From the sequence record PP496436.1: a stretch of DNA of 64,000 nt. One strand, written 5' to 3'. The notes below the pieces were generated by a model. That model did no database searches. It was given only the letters and a program-made list of their open reading frames with translations, and had not been told where the DNA came from. Below are positions 25,956 to 35,799 of this stretch, in pieces (positions within the stretch are counted from its first letter, which is position 1; each line of letters starts with the position of its first letter). The translations under genes and the position numbers were made by a program.

Positions 25956-27110
25956 ATGAACGATGATCTGAAAATCACAGAGGTTAACTCTGTGAAGGAA
26001 TACGATGAACACGTGGAAGAGCTGCTGCTGACCTTGTTGGGGCTGGGTTCTTCCACTACTCGCAACGACCAAGGTACTCGCAAGCTCGGCGCCACATCCA
26101 TCAGCTTCAACCTGCTGTCGATGTATCCCTCGATCCCGATGACCACGCTGCGCCCGATCTCGTGGACCAGTATCCTCGGCGAGATGCTGGGTTTCATCCG
26201 TGGCGAGACCAACGTGCAAGCGTTCAAGGGCCTTGGCACCAACGTCTGGAACGCCAATGCCAAGGAGCCCGCGTGGAAGAACGACTTGCTGGCGCCGAAC
26301 GAAGGTGACCTCGGGCCGATCTACGGCAAGCAGTGGCGCAAGTGGGAAGATATCAAGCTGGCGGATTATGGACGTGATCTGTCCAAGCTAGGCTACACAC
26401 AGGTGGGCTGGCTGCATGACGGATCGAGTTGGGAGACTGTAGGCTCGCCGAATCCCGGTGTATGGCGTCGGGAGGTTGACCAGCTGATGGACGCCTTGAA
26501 CCGTATTAAGTCCAATCCTAACGATCGTCGCGCTGTCATCTCGGCGTGGAATCCCGGTGACATGGATTTCATGGCTCTGCCGCCGTGCCACGTGATGATG
26601 CAGCTGACCACGGTGCCTTACGCCCAGCACAAGTACGGCACCTACACAGATGGTGCCAGCGACTTCGAGATCGACTTCAACGAGAAGTACCCGGAGCAGG
26701 TAGTATCGGATACTGTCGAGCCGAATAGCAGCGGAGAGACTGTTCCCCGGTACGCGCTCAATCTGGTCGTGACTCAGCGCAGCCAAGACACCCTGCTCGG
26801 TCGGGCGTATAACATTCCGGCGTATGCCACTCTGCTTCGCCTGTTCGCTCACCTGCTGGAAATGGCGCCGGGTAATCTGGAGTTCAACGTCGGCGACCAG
26901 CATTTGTACAGCAACCATGAAAAGGCGGCTGACGAGATTACTGACCGCGAAAGTCTGGACAAGGATGAAGAAGGCGAAAAGCTATTCCAACTCTCTATCG
27001 TCGGCGTGGACAAGTTCAAAGATCTGGACACCCTCACCGCCGACAACTTCATTCTGACCCATCAGGTTACACATGACAAGCTGGAGTCCGACACCAAGAT
27101 GACGGTGTAG
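25956..27110 (+). CDS. thyA: Thymidylate synthase
   Basis: GPIYGKQWR, RRAVISAWNP, ALPPCH, QRSQD..LG, YNI (dUMP-specifying Asn) and GDQHLYSNH. Confidence 0.93.
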   Translation: MNDDLKITEVNSVKEYDEHVEELLLTLLGLGSSTTRNDQGTRKLGATSISFNLLSMYPSIPMTTLRPISWTSILGEMLGFIRGETNVQAFKGLGTNVWNANAKEPAWKNDLLAPNEGDLGPIYGKQWRKWEDIKLADYGRDLSKLGYTQVGWLHDGSSWETVGSPNPGVWRREVDQLMDALNRIKSNPNDRRAVISAWNPGDMDFMALPPCHVMMQLTTVPYAQHKYGTYTDGASDFEIDFNEKYPEQVVSDTVEPNSSGETVPRYALNLVVTQRSQDTLLGRAYNIPAYATLLRLFAHLLEMAPGNLEFNVGDQHLYSNHEKAADEITDRESLDKDEEGEKLFQLSIVGVDKFKDLDTLTADNFILTHQVTHDKLESDTKMTV

Positions 27111-27124
27111 ACCTAGGAGGTTAC

Positions 27125-27349
27125 GTGGAAGAATACATAACGGTTGACGGGGTACGAATTACCTTACCCACTTCGAGCCCAACCCGATCACTTCTTGATG
27201 ACTACGAAGAAGAGTACAAACTGCTTGAGTACAAGCTCCACGAATCGATAAATACAGACACAACTATGTGGCAGGAAGACTTTGCTCGTATGAAATACTT
27301 GCGGTCAGAATTGGAAGCCATGTCTATCACGCCTGAGAAGAAGGAATAA
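27125..27349 (+). CDS. Hypothetical protein
   Basis: SD AGGAGG, GTG start. Confidence 0.6.
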   Translation: MEEYITVDGVRITLPTSSPTRSLLDDYEEEYKLLEYKLHESINTDTTMWQEDFARMKYLRSELEAMSITPEKKE

Positions 27350-27351
27350 CC

Positions 27352-28119
27352 ATGAGCACCAACGCACCAATCAATTCCCGCACACTCAACCTGAAACCTC
27401 GCTCCGTTCAAGTCTATGACCTGATCTTAGACGAGTCAGTGGATAACCGCTCGCTGCCCGAACAGATGCACAGTGTGATCGAAGAAATATTCAGCTGGAC
27501 GCTCCACGAAGAGGGTACGGTGGGTGATAGCTCCAACGAAGAACGTAAGGGTGGCACGGTCATCGACACCGAATACCTTACCAAGGCAACCATCGTCGCT
27601 GTCATCTACGACCCGAGCATTCGCGTCGCCTACCTGGTTGGGCAGGAACGTCGGGATGAAATGATCTCCGGCTCTTTCCCCGGCAAGCCGATGAACCCTG
27701 ACTTCTACCTGAGTACCGACGCTCAGGAATGGACGTCGGCCTTTTTCAACATCAACGGCAACTGTCTGAAAGACCTGACCGAAGATACGTTGTTCGGCTG
27801 GTTCGCCAACGCCATCGAGCGCGGCAAGTCTGACGGCACCAGTGATACCTATAACAAGCTGGGTATCGTGCAACCCGGCCTGCAAGGCATCAAGAAGGGC
27901 ATTCCGTTGATGTCCCTGATCGAGGCGGGTATCCTTCCGCACACTGCGTACTGGTCCGATCCTCAGGCTCCTGAATACGTCAAGTGGCTTGAGCGCCAAG
28001 GCCGGGTCGCTAAGCTCTGCGCACACGCCGACGCCATTGCGGCAGACGGCGCGGCTGCTCTGCTCGACGAGAAGCGCGAGTATGAAACTATCAACCAGAA
28101 AGAAGAGAAGGAGTCCTGA
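27352..28119 (+). CDS. Hypothetical protein
   Basis: SD AAGGA; 255 aa. Confidence 0.65.
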   Translation: MSTNAPINSRTLNLKPRSVQVYDLILDESVDNRSLPEQMHSVIEEIFSWTLHEEGTVGDSSNEERKGGTVIDTEYLTKATIVAVIYDPSIRVAYLVGQERRDEMISGSFPGKPMNPDFYLSTDAQEWTSAFFNINGNCLKDLTEDTLFGWFANAIERGKSDGTSDTYNKLGIVQPGLQGIKKGIPLMSLIEAGILPHTAYWSDPQAPEYVKWLERQGRVAKLCAHADAIAADGAAALLDEKREYETINQKEEKES

Positions 28120-28121
28120 TC

Positions 28122-29198
28122 ATGCAACAGTCATCTGGTCGTCAAGAGTTGTTCCTGACCCGCCCGGAAGAAGTGCGGGTCCATTACATCGCCAACGGTG
28201 AGTCAGTAGACGACGCCATGGTCGAAGTCCGGAAGATGTACCCCGGCATTCGGTCCCCGGACTACTGGGTCAACCCCGGCGAAGACGCCACAGTCATTCT
28301 GATCTACATGCGTAGTGGTCAGGTAATTGTGGTGGACAACGAACACCTGCCGCGCTTCGTCATTCAGGTTCCGCTGCGCGCAGACGGGTGCTTCGCCGTA
28401 TCCCCGGATCATATCAACGGTATCGTCGAAGACCACGGAATCATGTTCGGTGCCTTCGAGAACAACACCGTCGCCAGCCTCAAGGTTAAGGGTACGGCGT
28501 TCCGAGTCCAAGGTGAATCCGGGTGCATTGACCCGGCTGCATTCCGACATGACCTAGGTGAAACTTATGCCATCGAGAATGCCAAGGACAAGATGTATGC
28601 GCTGGAAGGTTATGCACTGGCGCGTATGCTTGGTCTGGCTGGGTTGACCACGGTTGATACCACTACCGAGTATCAGACGGGCTTCACGTTCGACGGCAAG
28701 CAACAGATCATGTTCCCGGACTATGCTCACCGCGAGCCAGACGGCGGCGTGGACACGGATGAAGTGGAAGAAGGTGTAGAGGCTAGCACCACCCGTGTAG
28801 ACGAACTACTCGAAGGTTTGGTCAGTGGCGAACCCTACAAGGAGCATGACTACTACATTCTGGCACTTGATCTTCTCACTCGCGCTGCCGAGAAGTGCTG
28901 GAATGAAACCGTGGAGAACGGTGGTGACCGCATGACCAGCGCCATTGTGTTTCCCGGCGTGCACGATACGCTGCGGATGCGCGACATGGGGACTTACCTG
29001 CTGGACATCAATGCCAAGGTGCAAGGGGTAACGGAAAACAAGGCCATGTTCTTCCAGTGCACGATGCCCGGCGTCCATGGAGTTAACCTTGTCCTGATGA
29101 ACAAGGAGATCGGTGCGACGATGTACCCAGGCGATGACGGTTACTTCCAGTTGCCTCGGAACTTCCCGGTGAACAACTACTTCGTCGATCTGACGTAA
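28122..29198 (+). CDS. Protein with a Phage_gp49_66-like domain plus an additional C-terminal region
   Basis: GESGCIDP.AF..DLGE.YA.ENAKDKMYALEGY.LA motif as recalled for that family. Confidence 0.6.
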   Translation: MQQSSGRQELFLTRPEEVRVHYIANGESVDDAMVEVRKMYPGIRSPDYWVNPGEDATVILIYMRSGQVIVVDNEHLPRFVIQVPLRADGCFAVSPDHINGIVEDHGIMFGAFENNTVASLKVKGTAFRVQGESGCIDPAAFRHDLGETYAIENAKDKMYALEGYALARMLGLAGLTTVDTTTEYQTGFTFDGKQQIMFPDYAHREPDGGVDTDEVEEGVEASTTRVDELLEGLVSGEPYKEHDYYILALDLLTRAAEKCWNETVENGGDRMTSAIVFPGVHDTLRMRDMGTYLLDINAKVQGVTENKAMFFQCTMPGVHGVNLVLMNKEIGATMYPGDDGYFQLPRNFPVNNYFVDLT

Positions 29199-29257
29199 TA
29201 GGCCTGTTTTAGCTACTTCCAAGTATCGAACGAATAGTTTTGCACTTGGAGGTAGTT

Positions 29258-29668
29258 ATGAAAAGCCGGGTAGGGATTCCGGTCGGGGAAACCTTGGTTT
29301 TCGAAGATAGGACCAATGCCAACAACCTTGGTCAGCTCTATAAGATCACTGTTAAGAACGTGGTGTTCCATCACATTCAAGGTGAACTCGCCCGGACCGT
29401 CGAATTGTGTATGGAGATCGTGGATGGGAAAGGTGTTGTCGCTCGGCAACAGACTTTCTTCACCCAGCAGAACAGCCCCTTACCTTGCGGTAAGCTTTCA
29501 CTCACCGTCGGGATGGTCAGCAAGTCAAGAGTCAGCAAGTCTATGGTAATCCTGGCCTGCATTCACCCGCACTGGATGAAAGTGTACCCGGAGAACCAAA
29601 GCTTCCCGCTCACCACGCGGGACGTGATCAACCATGAGCCTGAGTTGAAAGCCCAAGCATGTGTATAA
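29258..29668 (+). CDS. Hypothetical protein
   Basis: SD GGAGGT. Confidence 0.6.
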   Translation: MKSRVGIPVGETLVFEDRTNANNLGQLYKITVKNVVFHHIQGELARTVELCMEIVDGKGVVARQQTFFTQQNSPLPCGKLSLTVGMVSKSRVSKSMVILACIHPHWMKVYPENQSFPLTTRDVINHEPELKAQACV

Positions 29669-29680
29669 GCAGCGCCCCAC

Positions 29681-29710
29681 GCCCGCCCCGGTAGCCCCGA
29701 GGTGGGCTTT
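29681..29710 (+). terminator. Terminator-like hairpin (shares 19 nt with 14827..14860)
   Basis: GCCCGCC...GGTGGGC followed by TTT. Confidence 0.6.
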
Positions 29711-29749
29711 CCCGTTTTAGGGTCTTGGAAAATATTTTATACTGCCCAC

Positions 29750-29778
29750 TTGACACTATTAAATATATCTGACATAAT
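29750..29778 (+). promoter_or_regulatory. Strong sigma70-type early promoter
   Basis: TTGACA-17bp-CATAAT, extended -10 TG, AT-rich UP element. Confidence 0.8.
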
Positions 29779-29868
29779 GGTGCCATGTTGGGGATTTATG
29801 GGCTGGTAAACAATGATGCCAGCAACCCCCACCATCACTACTACCGATGTCCTTTAGGAGATGCACCG

Positions 29869-31758
29869 ATGTCCAATACTTCCAAGGTTACCGCGCTGTC
29901 CACCTTCAAGATTTCCAAACTGACCCAATCGATTTTGGATATCCTGAAGAAAGATGGCTCGATGTCGCTCAGCGAATACGGCGAGCTGCCGTTGCAGGTG
30001 GGTTTGGCAACCGAGGTATTGCTTCACGCTGATTGCCCCGCCAATACAGTGTTCAGCATCAAGGGCCGTTCCGTCGGTCGCTACGTTGAACTGACTCATC
30101 TCGATGTGGCCGACAAGATCAAGCCGGACCCACTCGCCAGCATCGGTGCCACCAGCGCCGCCCAGGTACCCGCAGCATTCGACGGCGAAATCAAACTGAT
30201 GTATCTCGCCATCCCGACCACCACCGAAATGGACGCAGACGGCCTGCTCGAATATGTCGAAGAGATGATCGACACCATTCGCGAATCGCTCGTTTCCGAA
30301 GGCTATTCCCCCGAGGAGCGTGAGACGCTGATCGGCGTGCACAAAGAATTCGTCGAGCATACCAGTGAAGTGCACGTGTTCATCGATCTGGACATCCTCG
30401 AAGACACGAAGTACAGCGTCACTCTCGATGAGTACTTCGAAGCTGATGCCTACGAGAAGTTCGACAGCGACGAGTACGACGAGAAGTATCGCTTGCCGGA
30501 ACTGCTGCGCGGCCTGCCAGACGACGTCATGCTGCAACTGGCGGCGAAGCTCGACATCAAGAAGGGCACCACCAAGAAGTCGAAGCTGACCACTGCCAGC
30601 ATCACCGAGGCCATCCTCAAGCTCGACACCGAAGTCGTCAAAGCGGCCATCTCCGAGCTGATCGATCCGGCTGCTGTCGAAACCACGGAAGGCGCCGACG
30701 CCGACTTGGCCGAGACCCTCAGCGGCTTGACGGCCAAGCAACTGCGTGAGGTGGCAGATCACATGGAGCTGGAAGTCGGCAAGAAGGACAAGTCCGAAGC
30801 CATCACCGCGCTGATCCTCGCCGAAGAAGAAGGCGACGTGATCGATGCGCTGGACGCACTGGGCTTGCTGGAAGATGAAACCCCGGAAGGCGGCGGTGTT
30901 TCCGAGGAAGAATCGTTGGAGGACATCCTGAAAGGTCTGGACGACGCCGACGTTCGTGCCACGGCCAAAGCGTTGAAGCTGACCGTGCCGAAGAAGACAA
31001 CGCTGGAAGGTGTTATCGCCCTGTTGCTGGAAGAGGATGCGAACGACGTAGCGGAAGCGCTGGTTGATCTGGGCTTCGTCGAAGCGGAGGAAGAAGAGGA
31101 AGTCGAAACCCCACCGGCTGACGACGAGGAAGAGGAGCAGGAAGAAGAGGAAGAAGAACTAGACACCGTCGATCTGGAGAACGCACTGGCCGAGCTAGAC
31201 GTTGACCAGATGACCGTCGTTATCGAAACGCTGGAGCTGGAGCTGCCGAAGAAGCCGACACTGGCAACCCTGACCAAGGTGATCATGGACTCCGTGACCG
31301 ACGCCGAAACGCTGGAAGCGGCAACCGACGCCGTGGCAGAGGAAGCTGGCGAGGGTGAGGAAGGTGAGTCGCTGGAAACGCTGTACAGCGTGCTGGTCGA
31401 TCTGAAGGCAACCCGTGGCAATGCGGCAACCCGCAAGGAAGCGCTGGCCGAGATGTCGGAAACCGACTTGACCGAAGCCAAGCGCAAAGACGTGGTCGCC
31501 CTGTTCGCCATCGCCGAGATGACCGAGCTGGATGAAGACGCTCAGGAGCTGATCGCTCGACTGGCCGGTGAAGAGTCGGAGCTGAACGAGACCGTGCTGG
31601 GCTACTTCACCAAGGTTTTCGCCAAGCTGATCGCTGACGACGCCCCGGAAGAAGAGGAAACCCCGGAGCCAGCCAAAGCGCCAGTGAAGGGAAAAGCCAA
31701 CGCAGCCAAACCGGCGGGCAAGGGTCCAACCACCCGCAAGCCAGCCAGCAAGAAGTAA
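29869..31758 (+). CDS. Very acidic protein with four tandem helix-extended-helix (Rho-N/SAP-like) repeats and a basic tail
   Basis: SD AGGAG; repeats L.GL....L...A..L.L....K......I..IL; poly-Glu linkers. Confidence 0.7.
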   Translation: MSNTSKVTALSTFKISKLTQSILDILKKDGSMSLSEYGELPLQVGLATEVLLHADCPANTVFSIKGRSVGRYVELTHLDVADKIKPDPLASIGATSAAQVPAAFDGEIKLMYLAIPTTTEMDADGLLEYVEEMIDTIRESLVSEGYSPEERETLIGVHKEFVEHTSEVHVFIDLDILEDTKYSVTLDEYFEADAYEKFDSDEYDEKYRLPELLRGLPDDVMLQLAAKLDIKKGTTKKSKLTTASITEAILKLDTEVVKAAISELIDPAAVETTEGADADLAETLSGLTAKQLREVADHMELEVGKKDKSEAITALILAEEEGDVIDALDALGLLEDETPEGGGVSEEESLEDILKGLDDADVRATAKALKLTVPKKTTLEGVIALLLEEDANDVAEALVDLGFVEAEEEEEVETPPADDEEEEQEEEEEELDTVDLENALAELDVDQMTVVIETLELELPKKPTLATLTKVIMDSVTDAETLEAATDAVAEEAGEGEEGESLETLYSVLVDLKATRGNAATRKEALAEMSETDLTEAKRKDVVALFAIAEMTELDEDAQELIARLAGEESELNETVLGYFTKVFAKLIADDAPEEEETPEPAKAPVKGKANAAKPAGKGPTTRKPASKK

Positions 31759-31778
31759 CTGACTGACCCGCTGCAACG

Positions 31779-31805
31779 TGCCCCGGTTTCGACTGGGGCA
31801 TTTTT
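31779..31805 (+). terminator. Intrinsic terminator
   Basis: TGCCCCGG-T-TTCG-A-CTGGGGCA followed by TTTTT. Confidence 0.85.
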
Positions 31806-31839
31806 CTCTCAAGCCCAACTGTCCCATTGAGGTGTCACC

Positions 31840-32076
31840 ATGCCAATGTCATTCCCAGATATGCAGTCCCTGATCAACCGTGCCGAACAACGAGGCTTCC
31901 GTCGCCCGCTCAAAGCGGAAACCGAAGAGGAGTTCCGCAACGCGCTGGCAGACCACATGCTTCACATCGACCGTGTGGAATCCGCTGAGATCCGTTCGGG
32001 CAAGGGCTGGGATAAGCAAGACCCCCGCGCCATGCTGTCGGCCATGGGACTCGATCTCAAGGGACTGGGGCTGTGA
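31840..32076 (+). CDS. Hypothetical protein
   Basis: Conserved leader CTGTCCC-ATTGAGG. Confidence 0.65.
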   Translation: MPMSFPDMQSLINRAEQRGFRRPLKAETEEEFRNALADHMLHIDRVESAEIRSGKGWDKQDPRAMLSAMGLDLKGLGL

Positions 32077-32366
32077 TCCGGGCGCTGCTGGTGCTGGCAT
32101 TGGCTGGCGTACTGGCGGGCTGTGCGGGCAACCAATACGAGCCGTCGCAGGCGGACGTATACGGGGATTGCCGGACCCAAACCATACCAACGGTGGGTCA
32201 CGGGCGTTATGAAGCGCCTGCGACGGCTCAGGAGCCCGTGGGCGGCGTGTACCATGACCCGGAACTGGTCGCCATGCGCCCCAGCTTCGGCACGTCCGAG
32301 ACCGTGCGGCGTGTCCTGCCACTGATCCGCATCTTGATCGGTCCGACTTCCGACATCTATTTTTGA
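32073..32366 (+). CDS. Putative lipoprotein
   Basis: Hydrophobic N-terminus with lipobox LAGC; GTGA overlap with the previous stop. Confidence 0.65.
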   Translation: MIRALLVLALAGVLAGCAGNQYEPSQADVYGDCRTQTIPTVGHGRYEAPATAQEPVGGVYHDPELVAMRPSFGTSETVRRVLPLIRILIGPTSDIYF

Positions 32367-32374
32367 GGTGACAC

Positions 32375-33397
32375 ATGAACAACAATTCTGAATCTTTCGC
32401 TTTCGTGGAAGGCGGTGCAGACGAGCTGGCTAGGCTGATCAACCAAGAGATCGCGGAATGCCAGTCCATGGGTGCTGATGAAGGTTCATTCGCCATTCAT
32501 ATGGCGGGGCGTTATCAGGTACAGATTCGTGTCACCCGCGAATACGACAACAAGCTCGACACTCTGATGCCGGGTGTGGCAGTCCCCGCGTCGGACGAAG
32601 CCGAAGAATCGGATGACGACGACGATCTCGAAGAAGATGACGATGCGGACAACGAGGAAGAGCTGGCCGCATTCATCAAGGACGATGAAGACCGGGAGGA
32701 ACATGAAGAGGAGGACGCGTTCGACCGGGAAGTGCACGACGAGATCATGGCCGGTCAGGCCAGTCGGAACGTGGAAGAGCTGCGCACACCGCTGCTGGAA
32801 CTGTCCATGCTCAGTCTTGCGGTACTCAAAAGGCAGCTCAATCGCACTGGAGTCGTAGCAGACTTCTTCACCCTCATGGGCAAGGAAGACCGTGTGGATG
32901 CAATTCTTGACTCCTACACGTCCGAGCAGATTACCGCAGCACTCGAAGCCGTCGGGCTGACTAAACCTCACCCGGATCGTGATGTAGAAGAACTGTTCGG
33001 GGAGACGGACGATTTGGCGGCTGGAATCCAGAGCGAGGAAGAACTGGAGCGTCTGGAGGAAGCCCAGTACAAAGAGTTCCCTTCGGATGAAGTGGAGGCC
33101 GATGATCAGACCGACTTCGAACGCCACGACCCGGACCGTGCTCTGGTCACCAGTGTCACCCGCACCAAAGAGCGGTGTGTCCAGTTGGCTAAGCTATCCC
33201 GTGAAGACCTACTTCGACTGATCGAACTGATCGAACAAGGCGAGGGTCAGACAGGTATCGTCACAACGGCGGGCACGCATATCTCCACACTCATCGATCA
33301 CCTGGTGGACTACTACACCCACGCTCAGGTGCAGTCTGCGGCTAAGGAACTGGGCATCAAACTGGCGTCGGCCAAAGTACAGGATCCCGAGCTGTGA
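32375..33397 (+). CDS. Acidic hypothetical protein with HeH-like segments
   Basis: SD GAGGT; Asp/Glu tracts; LSMLSLAVLKR and LAKLSREDLL segments. Confidence 0.6.
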   Translation: MNNNSESFAFVEGGADELARLINQEIAECQSMGADEGSFAIHMAGRYQVQIRVTREYDNKLDTLMPGVAVPASDEAEESDDDDDLEEDDDADNEEELAAFIKDDEDREEHEEEDAFDREVHDEIMAGQASRNVEELRTPLLELSMLSLAVLKRQLNRTGVVADFFTLMGKEDRVDAILDSYTSEQITAALEAVGLTKPHPDRDVEELFGETDDLAAGIQSEEELERLEEAQYKEFPSDEVEADDQTDFERHDPDRALVTSVTRTKERCVQLAKLSREDLLRLIELIEQGEGQTGIVTTAGTHISTLIDHLVDYYTHAQVQSAAKELGIKLASAKVQDPEL

Positions 33398-33942
33398 ACA
33401 GTGCAGGGAAGCAACTCATACGGACGATCACTCTGATCGAGATACGTAGAAGCCGAGAGTACCAGCTGATCAAGAAAGCTTATGGTGCTCAAGTGGCCCA
33501 ACGCAGTCAGGTACCGTTGACCAATCATATCGACGAGGGTTTGCAGGTGTTATACGATCTGCATGCGGACCCGCACACCATGAAAGCTTTCTGCTTGCAT
33601 CCGTTGCTGCAAGATTACGACATGCTGGAGCTGCACTGGCGCAAGCTGGCAGGTGACCGACTGGTTAGCCGAGAAGCTCTAGTTTTGGCAATGGAGTACC
33701 GGCGAGCTGCCAACACGTATCTGTGCAGACCAGAAACCGATGGGTATTCGTTGGAGGACGCTCAGCAGGCTATCGGGATGTTGCTCCCCGAGGTGAAACA
33801 GATGCTGATTGCGGACAAGCGACAGAATCAAAAGGACTTCCTCATTCATCACGCTGAGACCCATCCGCGTCGGGAACAACTCACCGTCTACTTCAAACGC
33901 TGGCTGCTCATCTTGGAGGGACCACCCAATGGAAAGCCCTGA
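33394..33942 (+). CDS. Divergent Mesh1/SpoT-hydrolase-like HD-fold protein (HD replaced by HP)
   Basis: Q...VPLTNH, AFCLHPLLQD, LIADKRQN.KD and YFKRW occur in the order of small alarmone hydrolase motifs. Confidence 0.5.
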   Translation: MNSAGKQLIRTITLIEIRRSREYQLIKKAYGAQVAQRSQVPLTNHIDEGLQVLYDLHADPHTMKAFCLHPLLQDYDMLELHWRKLAGDRLVSREALVLAMEYRRAANTYLCRPETDGYSLEDAQQAIGMLLPEVKQMLIADKRQNQKDFLIHHAETHPRREQLTVYFKRWLLILEGPPNGKP

Positions 33943-34132
33943 CCCTATCTTCCCGGACGGCATGCCCACCACGCCGGAAGGTTGGGACTGCTACATCCTG
34001 ATGCTTCGGATGTTGATGACCCGACAGGAGGTGGCAATGGAAAAGGAGATGAAGGCACTGCGCCGCCATCGGGCATTAACATATGCCGAAGAACCGATGT
34101 TCCCCGTATACGACCCTGCCGATCACTATTGA
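33929..34132 (+). CDS. Hypothetical protein
   Basis: SD GGAGG before ATG 33929. Confidence 0.5.
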   Translation: MESPDPIFPDGMPTTPEGWDCYILMLRMLMTRQEVAMEKEMKALRRHRALTYAEEPMFPVYDPADHY

Positions 34133-34141
34133 TCGAACCTG

Positions 34142-34173
34142 AACCCGCCGGTCCCAAGCCGTGCGGGTTTTTT
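34142..34173 (+). terminator. Intrinsic terminator
   Basis: AACCCGC...GCGGGTT followed by TTTT. Confidence 0.75.
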
Positions 34174-34225
34174 CATCTCCAGCGTCCGGTAAATGAGATG
34201 TATAAATCCACACTGGAGTCAACAC

Positions 34226-34420
34226 ATGAGAAGCCCTTGGCGTTTCTTTGGTGCTTTATTTTTCACCTTCTGTTTTTTCATCTTTTCTATGGGCATGGGA
34301 TCTGCTATTACCACCGTAGACGCAAGCTACCCCAAACTGGTGGGCATTATCTTGGGTGCCTTCCTGACAATCCTGACTGCCATCTTGTGGCAGTACTTCC
34401 GCGATGGGGAGGACCTCTGA
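34226..34420 (+). CDS. Small two-TM membrane protein
   Basis: SD GGAG; two hydrophobic segments. Confidence 0.6.
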   Translation: MRSPWRFFGALFFTFCFFIFSMGMGSAITTVDASYPKLVGIILGAFLTILTAILWQYFRDGEDL

Positions 34421-34611
34421 TGAATCGTCTTCTATTCATCATCGCCGTCACGTGCGGCTATCCACTGTTCCTCAAGGCACTGGTGGAGTCAGATGGGACT
34501 GTCGTTCACGTACCTTTCCTTGTGATGCTGGCGATGCAGGTTGTTGTGTGCTGGCATGCGGGTACTTCTTATGACATGCTGTTCCCCGGAGGTAAAGTAC
34601 GTGGCCGTTAA
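34420..34611 (+). CDS. Small two-TM membrane protein
   Basis: TGATG overlap; MNRLLFIIAV...; two hydrophobic segments. Confidence 0.55.
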   Translation: MNRLLFIIAVTCGYPLFLKALVESDGTVVHVPFLVMLAMQVVVCWHAGTSYDMLFPGGKVRGR

Positions 34612-35671
34612 AGAGACCAGTGTCGTACATATCGGTGACTTGCACCTGAATAAGCTGGACCGTGTGTTCGGCGACAAGGCACTGGATTATCAGTTCGCCG
34701 AGATCAGGAAGCCGCTCGATTACGCCGTGGAGAAGGGAATCAAGCACGTCATCTTCCTCGGTGACATTTCCGACAAGCCACGCATGACAGAGGAAGCCTT
34801 GATCCGGCTGGTGCTCCTACTTCGAGAGTACACCGACAAGGGCCGCGTCCTCCATCTGATCAAGGGGAATCACGATGTCGAGAACAAGGAACGTCACTCG
34901 CTGCGCGGGCTGGAAGACCTGTGCAAAGCGGGCATGCTCCCCAATGTTCACATCTACACCGACCCCGCGCTGGTATGGATCGATGGCTGCCCGATCAACT
35001 TCGCCCCGTTCCCGTCCACAAGCGCGCAGGCGGACGCTTTGAACATCGGCCACTTCGATACCCCCGGCACCATCCGGGATAACGGCCACGTGGCGCCTGG
35101 GGACTTGCCGCCCGCACGGGATCAATGGGTGATTGGACACCTGCACACACCGCAGGAAGGGAACCGCAGGCACTATGCCGGTACCTTGTACCAACTCAGC
35201 CGGGCCGAGCAGCGGATCAAGAGCTTCACGGTCAGCCGTCTGAAGTACGACACCAAAGCCAAGGTGGGTAGCCGACTGACCGTACGCCACCAGCGCGTAC
35301 CTGTTACTCCCGAATTCCAGTTCGTCAACGTTGAGGTTGTTCGTCTGCGTGACCTCGAACAAGTGACGGACAACCCATTGCATCTGCACACGGTGTGGAT
35401 CAAGTCCAAGGTGGAACTCCCGGCCACGTGGTTGCAGCAACACCCCAACGTGATCGACCTGATCCCGTATAGCAACAAGAAGCAGCTCAAGGAACTCCAG
35501 AGTACGGGCATCGAGAAAGTTGACCTTGAGCTGGACAAGATGTTCGATCAATACGTTACCGATAAATTCACCCTGACTCCCCAAGAGTTGAAATTCGCTC
35601 AGTACACGGTGAACAGGTACCATGGTCAGATTACAAAGAGTACCCTATCTGGTATTCCATCAGAAGGTTAA
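34601..35671 (+). CDS. Mre11/SbcD (T4 gp47-like) metallophosphoesterase nuclease
   Basis: GDLH, GDISD, GNHD, GHF and GHLH motifs; GTG start after GGAGGT. Confidence 0.88.
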   Translation: MAVKETSVVHIGDLHLNKLDRVFGDKALDYQFAEIRKPLDYAVEKGIKHVIFLGDISDKPRMTEEALIRLVLLLREYTDKGRVLHLIKGNHDVENKERHSLRGLEDLCKAGMLPNVHIYTDPALVWIDGCPINFAPFPSTSAQADALNIGHFDTPGTIRDNGHVAPGDLPPARDQWVIGHLHTPQEGNRRHYAGTLYQLSRAEQRIKSFTVSRLKYDTKAKVGSRLTVRHQRVPVTPEFQFVNVEVVRLRDLEQVTDNPLHLHTVWIKSKVELPATWLQQHPNVIDLIPYSNKKQLKELQSTGIEKVDLELDKMFDQYVTDKFTLTPQELKFAQYTVNRYHGQITKSTLSGIPSEG

Positions 35672-35799
35672 AGCTTGCAAGATACAGCGTCCGGTTCCAA
35701 TGGGCCGGGAGTACATCAACAAGAAAGGTGAGGTTGTTGGACTGGCTGAATACCATCGCCATGACAGACCCATCTACTACATACCAATAGAGGTTAGCG

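Noticed and set aside
25956-27110. ThyA homologue as a dCMP or dUMP hydroxymethylase (modified-base phage)
   Set aside because: Has the dUMP-specifying Asn (YNI) and QRS.D..LG rather than RSND-type motifs; a co-encoded DHFR fits a canonical thymidylate synthase
31081-31170. GAA/GAG-rich simple repeat as a functional DNA repeat
   Set aside because: Explained by the poly-Glu linker of the acidic protein
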